A stretch of DNA of 64,000 nt from the human T2T-CHM13v2.0 reference genome, Homo sapiens. The notes below the pieces were generated by a model that saw only the letters and a list, made by a program, of their open reading frames with translations, had not been told where the DNA came from and did not search any database. Every line of letters starts with the position of its first letter. Within the stretch, counting starts at the first letter, position 1. The position numbers were made by a program, and so were the translations under genes. Shown piece by piece: positions 43,498 through 58,085 of the stretch. The DNA is taken from the NCBI RefSeq assembly GCF_009914755.1, contig NC_060947.1; one strand, written 5' to 3'.

Positions 43498-44747
43498 TAT
43501 CACTGACAGGTATCTCCAAATCATTTGCTAAGCAGCTCAGACTGCATTTAGTCTCTCTACTGTCAATAAGATATGAATAGTATCTATCTGAGTAAGGTAG
43601 AAAGAAAGCCACCTGGAGAGCTATTTATTCTATAAGAAATGAACAGGAAATTTTGTTGTGCTGATCTCCTTGGAAAGAGCAATATGGGGCCTGACCATAT
43701 CTCCTACTGAGACCAGATGCTCAGATATGATTAGAGTTCAGTGTCATCTCAAATTGCTATGAATGAAGGCGACTTATAGGTCTAGAATTGATTTCGTATA
43801 GTTAACAGAGCTGATTTTTGCTTGTTTGTTTTCCTTATATTTTTTCAACTGAGCATTTTTTGAGAATACATTATGGGAGACAATTCAGTTGAAAGTCATA
43901 GTCCATTTCATGAAGGAGTTGACAGTCTAATGGGGAGGTAGAAATGTATTCACCTAAATATGATATAAGGCAGAATCAAGTCAGTGCCCGTTATGAATGG
44001 GAATTCTCTGGTAGAGTCAATTATTCAAGACGACTGGGTCATAATGAGGAAAGGATCAAAGATGAATGTCATTGTTTGACTCCCCACCACCCAGCCCTGC
44101 ACTTCATCCACCAACAACAGCATAATCTCAGGCCTTAAAACCTGGATATTACATTTATTTGCATAAGATTCTTAGAATGAGATAACTAGTATTTTGCTCC
44201 CCATTAAACTTTAAACATTTTAAAACATTTTTTCATGTGCTTTTCTATGTTTTCAGATTAAAATAACTTTGAAGAGTTGTAGTCAAAGTATATCCTATAG
44301 CAAAACAATATGCAATACTCGTAGCAAAGACTTAAGGGACTAAAACACATACGCAATAGTGATAAATTTGGTTAAACCCATATCATCTAAGAATTGCTAC
44401 AAATTTGTCATGAGGATGGATGACAATCTGGCCCTAGAGCTGAGAATGTGAAACTTTCTACAGAGGCTACCAGAAGAAACTGGCATGCCCTAAACGTATT
44501 ACCAGTGTTAAACCGTGCTATCCATGCCTGCTCTGGCCCTGGGGACAGCTGTGAGAGGAATGCTGCTTCAACCATCTTTGTAGTAGGATTAAGTTGGCTG
44601 ACCCACCTTCTATAGTAAAGTCAAACACGGATAGAAGTTTAGTACTAGAAAGTGAGTCCCAAGTTGAGGAGGGGGACAGCTGAGCATAAGGTACCAGCTC
44701 TACATTTCCCTGACTCTCACTTTTCTCTCAGTGAATGCGATTTACTC

Positions 44748-44858
44748 AGGGAAGTGGTTAAGTGCATAGACTCTGGAGCCAAAATTGGTTGGGTTGAACT
44801 CCCAGTTTTATCATTTTCCAGCTCTCTGACCTCACAAAAGTCATTGAACTCCTCTGTA
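44748..44858 (+). mobile_element. MIR 5' fragment (near-duplicate of 46001-46102)
   Basis: gtggttaagtgcatagactctggagcca... Confidence 0.8.
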
Positions 44859-45526
44859 ACACTCTAACAAACCTCAACTTAACATTTTTATCTAACAAAC
44901 TATTTCACATTTTTGTCCACTTAGCATAACTGATACAGATTGGATTTTTTTCAAAGAAAGTTATTTTTCTAAATACTAAGAGAGAAAAAAAGAAGCAAAT
45001 ACAAGAAGTGCAAAAGACAAAAAGGATATGCAGTTCAGTTATATAAGGCCCACCTACTCCATCTGCTGCCTTGCTGTGAAAAGCTGGCAGGACCTTGCAA
45101 CACTCCGCCTTGATTCCTTCTTTACTGTATGATTACTGCGTCATTTTGTTATCACTGAAAAGATGTCAAATCCCGACTACTACCCAAAGTTCTCCCCCTG
45201 AGCAAGCTAATACCATCTGTGATATGAAAGAGAGAGAGAGACAGAGAGAGAGAGAGAATGCAAAAGAAATTGATTTCCCCTGTGTTGATTATATATTAAG
45301 ATCCTCCCACTCAAATCTGGCATTCTGATCTTTAAACTGACGAATACACTTCTCTCCCCCGGTGAATGACCTCACAGGTGATATTCAGCACCTTCATAAA
45401 GGCCATATTCCTATGCCAAATATAGATAGAACATTACCATAATGCAGCACCCATATGCCTAGATGTACACATATTTAGAGAGAATAACAGGGCAGATGTG
45501 GAGGGAAAGGGAATTTCATCATACAT

Positions 45527-45692
45527 AGTGCTTCTCAAACTATAGTTTTAGAATTATCTATAGTAGAATCTCTTGTTAATGGAAATTTCTGTGTTCCACA
45601 AGAGACTTCTGTATCAGTATTGGGGTGGGACAAACAAATCTGCACTTTTAAAACAGACTAGATGATTCTGATGTACTGAAAGTCTGACAGTC
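45527..45692. mobile_element. MER5-like element
   Basis: agtgcttctcaaact...ggggtggga...aatctgcactttt...gatgattctgatg. Confidence 0.65.
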
Positions 45693-46192
45693 CTTGTAAT
45701 AAAGGCTTGGGCAAGGTTAGGTTATTAAATTCAAATTATGTTAACATCAAACTCCCTTTATGTGCCCTGAGCAATGCTATATGCTTTATGTAGGAGAACT
45801 CCTACAAATCTCACACCAGCCCTGTTAAAAATGTCCCATTTTGCTTACATTGAAACAGAGGCACATAGAAATAAAGTAACTCCCCAAGACTATTACAACT
45901 ACTTGAAGCATAGCTATTAAAAGTGTAGTTAACAAAGGACAATGTGATAGTCTCAAAGAGAAGTATTGCAGGAATTGAGTAAGGGAAGAACTGAGAAGCC
46001 GTTAAGTGCATGGACTCTGGGGCCAAAGTTGGTTGGGATGAACTCACAGTTTTATCACTTTCTAGCTCTCTGACGTCACAAAAGTCATTGAGCTCTTCTG
46101 TACCCCAGATTTCCCAACTCTAAAATGGAAATGAGACTGTCTCAGTCTGCTTTCTGTTGCTTATAACAGAATACCTGAAACTGGGTAATTTA

Positions 46193-47710
<1,518 letters not shown>

Positions 47711-50051
47711 GAAAAGCGGTTTATTTTGCTCATGGTTCTGCAGGCAGGGAAGTTCAAGGGGATGGCCCTGGCTTGTGGGGAGGATCTCTGGGCTGCATCA
47801 TAATATGGTGGAGAAGGTCAAAGGGGAAGTGGACATGTGTGAAGAGACAAAACCCAAGGAGTATCCTGACTTTGATAACAAACTCGCTTCTCACGGGAGC
47901 TAATACATTTTTGGGAGAACTAATCTAGTCATGCCAGAATAAGAACTCACTGACTATCATAAAAAATGCACCAAGCCATTCATGAGGGATCCACCCCTAT
48001 GACCCAAACACCTACCACTAGGCCCCACATCACATCACTGCCACACTAGGGATCAAATTTCAACATAATATTTTGTGGAGACAAACAAACCATGTCCAAA
48101 CCATAGCATTTTCCTCCTAGCCCTTCAAAACTCATGTTATTCTTACATACGAAATACGATCATTCCATCTCAAATAGTCCCAAGTCTTAACTCATTTCTG
48201 CATCTGCTCAAAAGTCCAAAGTTCAAATTCTCATCTGAGACTTAAGGCAAGCTCCTTCCAGGTATGAGCCTATAAAATAAAAACAAGTTATTTACTTCCA
48301 GGATACCATGGTGGAACAGACATTTGGTAAACATTCCCATTTCAAAAGGGAGAAATAAGCCAAAAGAAAGGAATGACAAGCCCCAAGCAAGTCTGAAACC
48401 CAGCAGGGCAGACATTAAATCTTAGCACTCTAGTATAGTAATTCACACTATGTGCTACCTCCTGGGCACACTGATGTGAGGAGTGGGCTCCCAAGGTCTT
48501 GGGTAGCCTTGCTCCCATGGCTTTCCCGGGCACACCTCACATGGCTACTCTTACAGGTTGGAGTTGGATGCCTGCAGTTTTTCCAGGCTGGCATTCCACA
48601 CCAGTAGTTCTACAATTCTGCAGTCCCAGTGGTAGCTCCATCCCTGTGGCTCCACTAGGCATTGCTCTGGTGGAGGTGGCTCTGCCCCTGTAGCTTTGGC
48701 AGCTCTGTCCCTGCAACTGATTTCCATCTGGGTACTTAGGCTTTCCAATACATCCTCTAAAATGTAGGTGGAAGCTGCCAAGTGTCCACAGCTCTAGACC
48801 AAAATTTACTTTGTAGGTTTAAATGCATTAATATAGGTAAGTTACTTAAAACAGTACTCTCAGCACATAGTAAGCTCTATATAAGAGGCAGCTATTATTG
48901 CCATTATTTTATTGCTTTGATTATAATTGTATACATTAGACTCAGATCTCCTTTAGCAGAAATTGATATATCCAAAGAGCTGTTCTTGTACTATTCCACC
49001 ACCAGCCTCCATAAGGAACTGCTCACCATCAGTATATACATCTTGGGGTACCTGAAAATTTAAGGAAGTGAATACTCCAATTCTCTGCCATGGGAGGACT
49101 CTGTCCTCACAGTTCTGTTACAGTGGCTGCTGTGTTCACCATTAGAACCATTCCACTATATTTATACATTGAAGAGCTCAGACAAATTATAAGTAACTTA
49201 GCAGGGTTGAGAGGTAACATATGAACCTGCTAAGTCTTTGAAAAACAGCCAGCTGAAACTTAGATAAGAGCAAAGTTCCAAGGAAACAGAAAACCTTTTG
49301 AGGAAATTTCAGAACACAGATTATCACAATATGTGACACTTGGGAGAGGCTCTAGCACCAATTTATCTCACAGTGACTGAATCCTGAGCAAAATGGCACC
49401 AACTTAAGGCCTGTCTGCTTTGCTATAACTAAAACTGGTTTGTTTACTAAAAGCAGTGGCAGACTTTGTTGCTCTGGGCTTCACTAAAATACTTACTATA
49501 GATATCATAAAAGCAAACACCTGCACAATGGATAGGTGGGAAAGAGGAGAAAGGGCACCATAAGCAAAACACAATTATATTTGTCTTCTCCTCCCTGCCC
49601 CAGGAGAGGGGAGTTGGAGAACAGCCCATGATATAAGTCATATCTCTATGCTTCTTTTTCTCAGTGGCAGAGGGTGATACTAGACACCATGAAGCAGCTG
49701 GGGCAGCAGTGAAGAGGAAGATTGGCCAGAAAAGACAGTGCCTGTTTTTCTCTACAGAACTAAAGCAGGACACACATATGCCCCATGCTGCTAACTCAGC
49801 TGTTCAAAAGATATGAAACTTCATAATTCAAATAAGAATTTTTACAACAGAAAGGACTAGTTCCATCAAATCCAAACACGCATACTCCAAGTAGCTGCTG
49901 CCAGATAAGGAGCTGTTCTTCTTGGAAGAATCTTTAAGTAATGACTATTTGCTCTCTTTTGTCACTTAGGTTATAAATTTTAGAATCTTCATATTCTAGA
50001 GCTGGAAAGATTATGCTGTGCAGTGGCCAAATAAGATGAGAGAAGACTAAC

Positions 50052-52351
50052 TCTATTAGTCCATTCTCACACTGCTGATAAATACAAACCTGAGATTTAG
50101 TAATTTATAAATAAAAAGAAGTTTAATGGACTCACAGTTCCATGTGGCTGGGGAGGCCTCACAATCATGGTAGAAGGTGAAAGTCATGTCTTACGTGAAG
50201 GTAGACAAGAAAGGAAATGAGAGCAAAGAGGGGGAAATCCCTTATAAAACCATCAGCTCTCATGGAAACTCATTCACTGTCACAAGAACAGCATGGAGGT
50301 AACCACCTCCATGATTCAGTTACCTCCCACCAGGTCCCTTCCATGACACGTGGGGATTCTAGGAACTACAGTTCAAGATGAGACTTGGGAGGAGACACAG
50401 CCAAACCATATCATTCTGCCCCTGGCCCATCCCAAATCTCATGTCCTCACATTTCAAAACACAGTCATGCCTTCCCAACAGTCCCCCAAAGTCTTAACTC
50501 ATTCCAGCATGAACTCAAATGTCCAAGTCCAAAGTCTCATCTGACACAAGTCCCTTCCACCTATGAGCCTGTAAAATTGCAAGAAAGTTAGTTACTTCCT
50601 AGATACAATGGGGGTACAGGCATTGGGTAAATATACCCATTCCAAATGGGAGAAATTGGCCAAAACAAAGGGGCTACAGGCCCCATGAAAGTCTGAAATT
50701 CAGTAGGGCAGTTATTAAACCTTAAAGTTCCAAAATGACCTCCTTTGACTCCATAAATCACATCCAGATCACACTGATGCAAGAGGTGGTCTCCCACAGC
50801 CTTGGGAAGCTTTGCCCCTGTGGATTTGCAGGGTACTGCCCCTCTCCTGGCTGCTTTCTTGGCTGGCATTGAGTGTCTGTGACTTTTCCAGGCACATGAT
50901 GCAAGCTGTAGGTGGAACTACCATTCTGGGGTCTGGAGGACAGTAGCCCTCTTCTCACAGGTCCACTAAGCAGTGCCCCAGTGGGGACTCTGTATTGGGG
51001 CTCTGACCTCACATTTCCCTTCCACACTACTCTAGCAGAGGTTCTCCATGAGGGCACTGCCTCTGCAGCAAACTTCTGCCTGGACATCCAGGCATTTCCA
51101 TACATCCTCTGAAATCTAGGCGGAGGTTCCCAAACCTTAATTCTTGACTTATGTGCACCCACGGGCCAAACACCACATATAAACTGCCAAAGCTTGGGGC
51201 TTGCACCCTCTGAAGCAATGGCCTGAGCTGTACATTGGCCCCTTTTAGCCATGGCTGGAAATGAAGCATCTGGGATGTAGGGCACCATCTCCTGAGGTTG
51301 TACAGAACAGGGGGGCCCAGGGCCCAGCACAGAAAACCATTTTTCCCTCCTAGGCCTCCAGACCTGTGATGGGAGAGGCTGCCATGAAGGTCTCTGACAT
51401 GCCCTGGAGACATTTTCCACATTGTTTTGGTGATTAGCATTTGGCTCCTCATTCATTATGCAAATTTCTGTAGCAGGCTTGACTTTCTCCCCAGAAAATG
51501 GGTTTCTTTCCTATTGCATTGTCAGGCTGCAAATTTTCCCAACTTTTATGCTCTGTCACCTCTTGAATGGTTTACTGCTTAGAAATTTCTTTCACCAGGT
51601 ACCCCAAATCATCTCTCTCAAGTTCAAAGATCCGCAGATCTCTAGGGACGGGGCAAAATGCCTCCAGTCTCTTTGCATAGCACGAGTAACCTTTACTCCA
51701 GTTCCCAGTAAGTTTCTCATTTCCATCTGAAACCACCTAAGCCTGGATATTATTGTCCATATCACTGTTGGCATTTTGGTCAAAGCCATTCAACAAGTCT
51801 TTAGGAAACTCCAAATTTTCCCACATCTTCCTGTCTTCTGAGCCCACCAAGTCTCTAGAAAGTTCCAAACTTTCCCACATTTTCCTGTCTTCTTCTGAGC
51901 CCTCCAAACTGTTCCAACCTCTGCCTATTACCCATATCCAAAATATCTTCCACATTTTCTGGTATCTTTACAGCATTGCCCCACTCCTGGTACCAATTTA
52001 CTGTATTAGTCCATTTTCACGCTGCTGATAAAGACATACCTGAAGCTGGGTAATTTATAAGGAAAAAGAGGTTTAATGGACTCATAGTTCCACGTGGCTG
52101 GGGAGGCTTCACAAATATGGTGGAAAGTGAAAGGCATTTCCTTTATGGTGGCAGGCAAGAAAGAAAATGAGAGGGAAGTGGGGGAGAACCCCTTATAAAA
52201 CCATCAGATCTCATGAGAACTCACTCACTATCATGAGAATCACATAGAGGTAACTGCCCCCATGATTCAATTACCTCCTACCATGTCCCTCCCACAGTGG
52301 AGGTTACAATTCAGGATGAGATTTGGATGGGGACACAGCCAAACCATATCA
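50052..52351 (-). mobile_element. Full THE1 (C/D-like) provirus: LTR 50052-50413, internal 50414-52001, LTR 52002-52351
   Basis: Two direct LTRs, THE1-int ORF remnant (track 50758-51456), TSD CTAAC/CCAAC. Confidence 0.94.
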
Positions 52352-52399
52352 CCAACCATGGGCTAAGAAGCAAGGGATGCTCAGTAAATATCTATAGAT

Positions 52400-52990
52400 T
52401 TGAACCAAAGTGAATTACAGTGGGTTATCAATCTTAGAAACATGACTTTTGATAATTAATGAGATGTGATTACACCACATTGAGACTTGACTTTCTTGTT
52501 TGGATACTAAATTGGCTTCTCTTCCATCTCCTATTTGCAATAATTCTTCCAAGGATATAGACAAGGGCTCAAACATAATATCATAAAGTTCTTTTAGTGT
52601 TCTGGGATGCAATTTACCTGTCGTACAAACTGAATTCATTTATTTGTTTGTTGTCCAAACTCTTTTGGAATATAATTCCTTCTCTTCAAAGCTTATTCTC
52701 ATATATTGCAATGACAGCACTACTGGCATTTGAGGTGGGGCAATTCTCTTATAAGACTTCAGTACATCTGTTTCCTACCCACTAAATACCAGCAGCATGC
52801 TCCCCTCCGCCAGTTATTGTGTAACCAAAGAACCCACTCGCCCAATACCAAATGTTCCCTCATGGGACAGTACCTCTTCTGGTTATGAATCAATCTATCA
52901 TTTCCAATTTGATGGCCCTTCTCCTTGTTGGAAAACATGGACATAAAAACGAGCTGAGTAGCTCTGCTTTCTGTCTGATGCCTGTTAACT
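52400..52990 (-). mobile_element. L3/CR1 LINE ORF2 relic, split by a MER20-like element
   Basis: Peptides LHPRTLKELYDIMFEPLSI and QKAELLSSF resemble the CR1 motifs LHPRVLKELADVIAEPLSII and EKAELLNSYF. Confidence 0.75.
52705..52892. mobile_element. MER20-like hAT element
   Basis: cagcactactggcattt...ctacccactaaataccagcagca...ccaaatgttccc...ggttatgaatca. Confidence 0.65.
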
Positions 52991-53149
52991 TTAAACCACC
53001 TGCTCCAAACTGGGTGGCAGGTAAAGGTAAGTTCATAGATAATTTAAATACAGTGAATGGAGGGTGTAGAGAGTAATGAATATACATAAAAGAGATGACA
53101 TTCAGGCATTTAGACATGGCAAAATAATGGGGAGATGGGGATCAGGAGC

Positions 53150-54570
53150 CATTCATTAAATAAATATTTTAGTTCCTAATGTGTGCCATGTATTTGCTGT
53201 TACAAACAGGAATGAACAAAACAGACAAAACTTTTTATCATCAAGGAGCTTATATTATTATTGGGGAAAGACTGACAATAAACATGTAACTCATATACCT
53301 GATGGTATAAAATGCTATGGAAAATGGCCAGAGAAGGCCTCTCTGTAATGATGACATTAAGGCAAGTAAAAGTTAGGAGGAGGTTACAATATCCCATATG
53401 ATGATGGTGGTGTAGTCTTGTGTGAAAGCAAGGGAGGTGGTATAATTCCAAAGGAAGCTGACAGAAGTTGCTGAAATTTGGGGTATGTGAGGGAGGCATA
53501 AATTATTACTGCAGGGTTAGTGGTCTTATACACTGGGGCAAAAAAGTGAGAGTAGGATGACATTTACTGAGCTGGAGGAGGAGGTTTACTGCTGATGGGG
53601 TTTTGGTTTTCATTATAGGAGAAGACAGGCACTCAAGAATTTTGTTTGGGCCATCCATCTGAGTGGAGATGCTGAAAATAAATCAGTTAGAAAAGAAGTT
53701 AAGGCTGGAAATACGACAGTTGTTACCATATAGATCATATTTATAGTCATTGACAAGATCCCCTAGGGAAAGAAGGGAAGGGCTTAGGACTGAGCCTGAG
53801 GGCCTCCCCCAAAGTTTCGTAGGCAGGAAAGGAAAGGAGTGAAGAAAGCTGAAAGTAGCCAGTGAGGTAGAAGGACAATTAAGAGAGAATGGGATGACAG
53901 AAGCCAAGGGATGGTAACATTTCAAGAAGAAAAGGAAAGCAAACAGTTTCAGGTACTGCTGAAAGATTTGGTATGATGAGCAATGAGATTTGACCATTGG
54001 ATTTGATAAAGCAGAAGTCCTTGGCAAACATGGCAAGAAAAGTTTCAGTGAAGTGATGAAATGGAAAACTTGACTGCAATGGATTTATTAGTGAATAAGA
54101 AAAGGGAAACAGTGAGTATAGAAAATTCTTCTGAGAAATTTTGCTGTAAAGAGAAGCAGAGATACACTTCAAAAAGCAGAAAAGGAATGGGAAGTCAAAA
54201 AAGTTGTTTTGCATATTTTTATGATAGAAGATATTACAGCATGTTTGTCAACAGAGGGAAATCAATTGGTAGAAAAAGAAAGGTTGGTGAAGCAGGAGAG
54301 AGAGGTGAGACTTGTTGAAGGGCTGCTCTTTAGTAGAATGCAAGGTACAAATTGAGAGATTAACATGAGTTCGCAGTACACAGCTCTGAGAAATGGGAGG
54401 CAAGTTATATGAGTACAGATTATGAGAGGTAGATAAATGACATGGTAAGAGCATGAGGAATTTGCCTTCTAATTGTTTCTGTTTTCCCAGTGCAAAGTAA
54501 GAATGGAGGAGAAGATATCGGATGTTTAAACAGAGGTGACTGTGAATTAGTTGTCTAAGAATGTGGGGAA
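53150..54570 (-). mobile_element. L2 on the minus strand
   Basis: attcattaaataaatattt tail; purine-rich L2 motifs (gaagccaagg, ttgaccattggattt, agtttcagtg). Confidence 0.8.
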
Positions 54571-57410
54571 GTGAGTGAAAAGGGCACTTAGCTTAAGACC
54601 TTAAAAATTATTCCCTCGTCTTCAGACATGGATAAAACCATCCAATAAAAAATTAAACTATTTCTTTTTGTTGTTGAATTTTTATGGCTACCATCACAAA
54701 TTAAAATAAAAAAATTAAAATTAAATTAAAATAAAATAAAATAAAAAATAAAAATAAACTAAAATAAAAAAAAAATTTTGCAATAGTTGGCCCACCTGCA
54801 GCTTTGAGAAAAGTTCATCGATAACTAAAGGTGCCTCATCTGATACCAATTTAAAAAACGAACCCTTATCCATCATTTTATGAGACTGGAGAATATGGCT
54901 TGATCTTGGTTTTGACACAAAGAGGAAAATGCTTAATAATTCAGTAAGTGCTTAGGAAAATGTTTAGAAAGCCACCTTGTCCCCCAGTATGGCCGTGTCT
55001 CCAACACTATGCTTCAGAAAATAAAACTTTCAACATGTGCTCAGTCAGTCAAAAACACCTCTCGGAATCAAGTTCTGTGCCAAACCAGACACTTAAAAGT
55101 AGAAAAGAGAGGCCAAGAAAGGAACATGGAGACAAACTCAACCTGCTCCCTGATGTGTCAGCTCCATCTTTGCTTATATTCTAGCAAGGGAAATAGCATT
55201 AGTATAAGAACAACTAATGTAAGACAAATAGCATCACTTAAATACTAGCAGATTTATAACCTTTTGTTTGGCTGAACCCCTGCCTAGAATACAAAAAGTT
55301 CACCACTGGATAGCCAGGCACAGTAGAAAGAGATATGATTAAAATGAAAATAACACCAACAAATATGGACAAAATTTCCCCCAGTCTCTCCAAGTCCCTC
55401 CAATGCTCTCTGGACTCTAAAGATTACGTAAGTATACTCCAGTATCTCCAAGTGTCGAGTAGTAGTACCTACCGTAACTTATAGCCTCTGAAGGTAAGAA
55501 TTCTCTGTAGCATTTTCCCACTATTGCCCCACTCAACTACCATGTCATCATAGGCATAGTCATGTTATTGGACAGAACCAATCACAGTTCTCCCTTCAGG
55601 AATAAACTGGTCACCATTATCAGACTCAAATAATTTTGTGTCCTCTCTTCAAGGGCCTACTTGATCTACTCTTAGAACTTTACCCAGATAATGTCTACTC
55701 ACAATTAGACAGGACATCAGACTTAACCAGGAAATTATTCATATCCACAAGGGGAACTTTCCAGATCCATTTCTGTTCTCTCCAACAGTTAGCCAGTTTT
55801 AGTGACTTTCTCTTCCAGATTCCTATTCTTTATGAGAAGAATATTGACCCAGTCCTGAAAATGACACTGTGTCCCTCTTTTCATCACATTATGATGAGGT
55901 AATGTGACTCCTTCATACTCCTTGGCACATGATTACTGGTGAAAGAGGCTTATTGTCACTCCAAAGGGACCATCATAAAAAACACTCCAATATATGCTAA
56001 AGCTCACAGGTTTTGACAAGAACCATAAAATACACTTGAAAAATACCATAGGAACATAAACGTGGGAATCATTGCTGATGACTGGGAAAGGCCAAGAAAG
56101 CTTCATGGGACCCAGGTAACAAAGTGGCATATGTAGCCCTTGAATCTAAAATAAAAGTCAAAAATAAGAAAAGAAAGCTTCATGGGAGACATGTCCCTGA
56201 ATGATGAATAAGAATTAAGCAATTGATTGATGAAGGGGAAAAGATATTCATAAAAGAAGAGAAAACCATACCAAGAGACAAGTTCAAAAGTAGCAGTCCA
56301 GTTTGCTGGAGAAATAAATGTAGCTGAAAAGGTGATAAAACACAGACGGGGTCACATTATCAGAAAATTTGAAAGCCAGGGAATTGACTTTGGACTTGAC
56401 TTTGGTAACCTGAAAGAACAGAGTTCATTGTCATCATCATTTTATGGTGAGAAGCATAATGTTATAGTGCAAAACACAAATGAACTAAGACATACTCTTG
56501 GTTCTATCCCTAACTAGCTGTGGGAACTGAAGCAATTCATTTAACTCAGTTTATCCCACATATGTATAATGATGGAGTTAGAATGAATGGTCTTTAAAGG
56601 CCCATTTTGCTCTGATACAATGTAATCGGAAGAATCCTACCTATTCTTCTTGGTCAAGCTTTTATGTGACATCTATTATCTAAAATTTATATTAAATAGT
56701 TGTACTAAAAGTTTTAAGCTAATAACTCTGATTTACCAGAAAGAAAGGTTGATAATAAACAATATTTTAGAAATTCTCCAAACCTGCCATGGATTATAGA
56801 GGATTGCTACATGGGGAAAAATAAATTAAATTAAATTAGCGCAACAATTTGGAAACCAGGAAATATCTACCACCTCCTTGCAACTCAGGACAAGCAAGAG
56901 AAAAGGTTCAGTAGTAAAGGGAAGCAAAGAGGCCACTGTTAGAAAGATATATGAACTTTTATTTTGAGACTGTGAAATGAGTGCAACCATTTAACTCCTT
57001 AAATGCCCAAAATTACTACTGAAATTGAAATAATAGAAAATAAAAAGAAGATAATATATTTCAATACAAAAATATGGAAAGGGGAACTATAATTATACCA
57101 AAACACTGAAGAATTTCTGCAAGATATAGTTATAATATTGATAGAGCATAAACAGTGCCATGTAAAATAGAGGAGGGAGATTACTGTCACAGAGGTAAGA
57201 GACATGCTTTAAAATGGTTCTTCATAGGATGAAATTCAAAGCTTTGGGGAAGCAAAAACAGGAAGCACAAGCAGGTAATAGAAAAACTGTTATAGTGATA
57301 AAATATTGGAGAACAGGTGAAAGAATCATTTACACCTTCCAACCTCAGTACCAAGTTGTAAATAAAGAGTACATGGATACGGTATTTTAGTCTAAACATC
57401 AATTATTTTT

Positions 57411-57706
57411 TTAGGAGATAGAGTCTCTTTCTGTCACCCAGGATGGAGTTTAGTGGCATGATCACAGCTTACTGCACCCTCAACTTCCTGGGCTAAGCAA
57501 TCCTCCCACCTCAGCCTCCCAAGTAGCTGGGACTGCAGGTGCATACCACCCCGCCTAACTAATTTTTGTATCTTTTTTTTTTTTTTTTGTAAAGACAGGG
57601 TCTCATTTTGTTGCCCAGGCTGGTCTCAAACTCCTGGGCTCAAGCGATTCTCTCACCTCAGCTTCCCAAAGTGCTGGGCCTACAGGTGTGAGCCTCACAC
57701 CTGGCC
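57411..57706 (-). mobile_element. AluJ SINE
   Basis: ctcctgggctcaagcgat; imperfect TSD acatcaattattttt / acatcagttactttt. Confidence 0.92.
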
Positions 57707-57804
57707 ACATCAGTTACTTTTAAAACACAGAGTATATTCCATAAGGAATATCTATTATGTGTGTTGGGACTCTAGTGATATCTTCAATTCTCAATAAAAA
57801 TGAT

Positions 57805-58085
57805 GTGATGTTGGTCAAAGCACACAAAATTTCAGTTAGCAAGAGGAATAAGTTCAAAAGATCTATTGTACAACAATAGTGACTACAGTGACTGCAGTGC
57901 ACAACAATGTAGTGTATACTGGAAAATTGCCAAGAAAAGTAGATTTTAAGTGTTTTTGCCACAAAAAAGTCTGTGAGAGAATGCACATGAAAATTAGCTT
58001 GATTTAGACATTCCATAATGTATACAAATTTCAAAACATCATGTTGTACACCATAAAAACATACGCTTTGTATTTACAATTAAAA
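57805..58085 (+). mobile_element. L1MA 3' UTR fragment
   Basis: gaggaataagttcaaaagatctattgtacaac...aattagcttgatttag. Confidence 0.85.

Noticed and set aside
50758-51456. 232-aa ORF
   Set aside because: Remnant of the THE1 internal ORF; no evidence of domestication
55636-55902. Plus-strand 88-aa ORF with plausible acceptor (~55653) and donor (~55898)
   Set aside because: Overlaps a minus-strand exon candidate that fits a longer phase-consistent chain, and no convincing plus-strand partners were found; an antisense non-coding exon is not excluded
56055-56095. WPFPVISNDSHV resembles a GREB1 motif (WPFIVISDDSCV, from memory)
   Set aside because: Similarity is confined to 12 residues and the flanks do not match; likely coincidence
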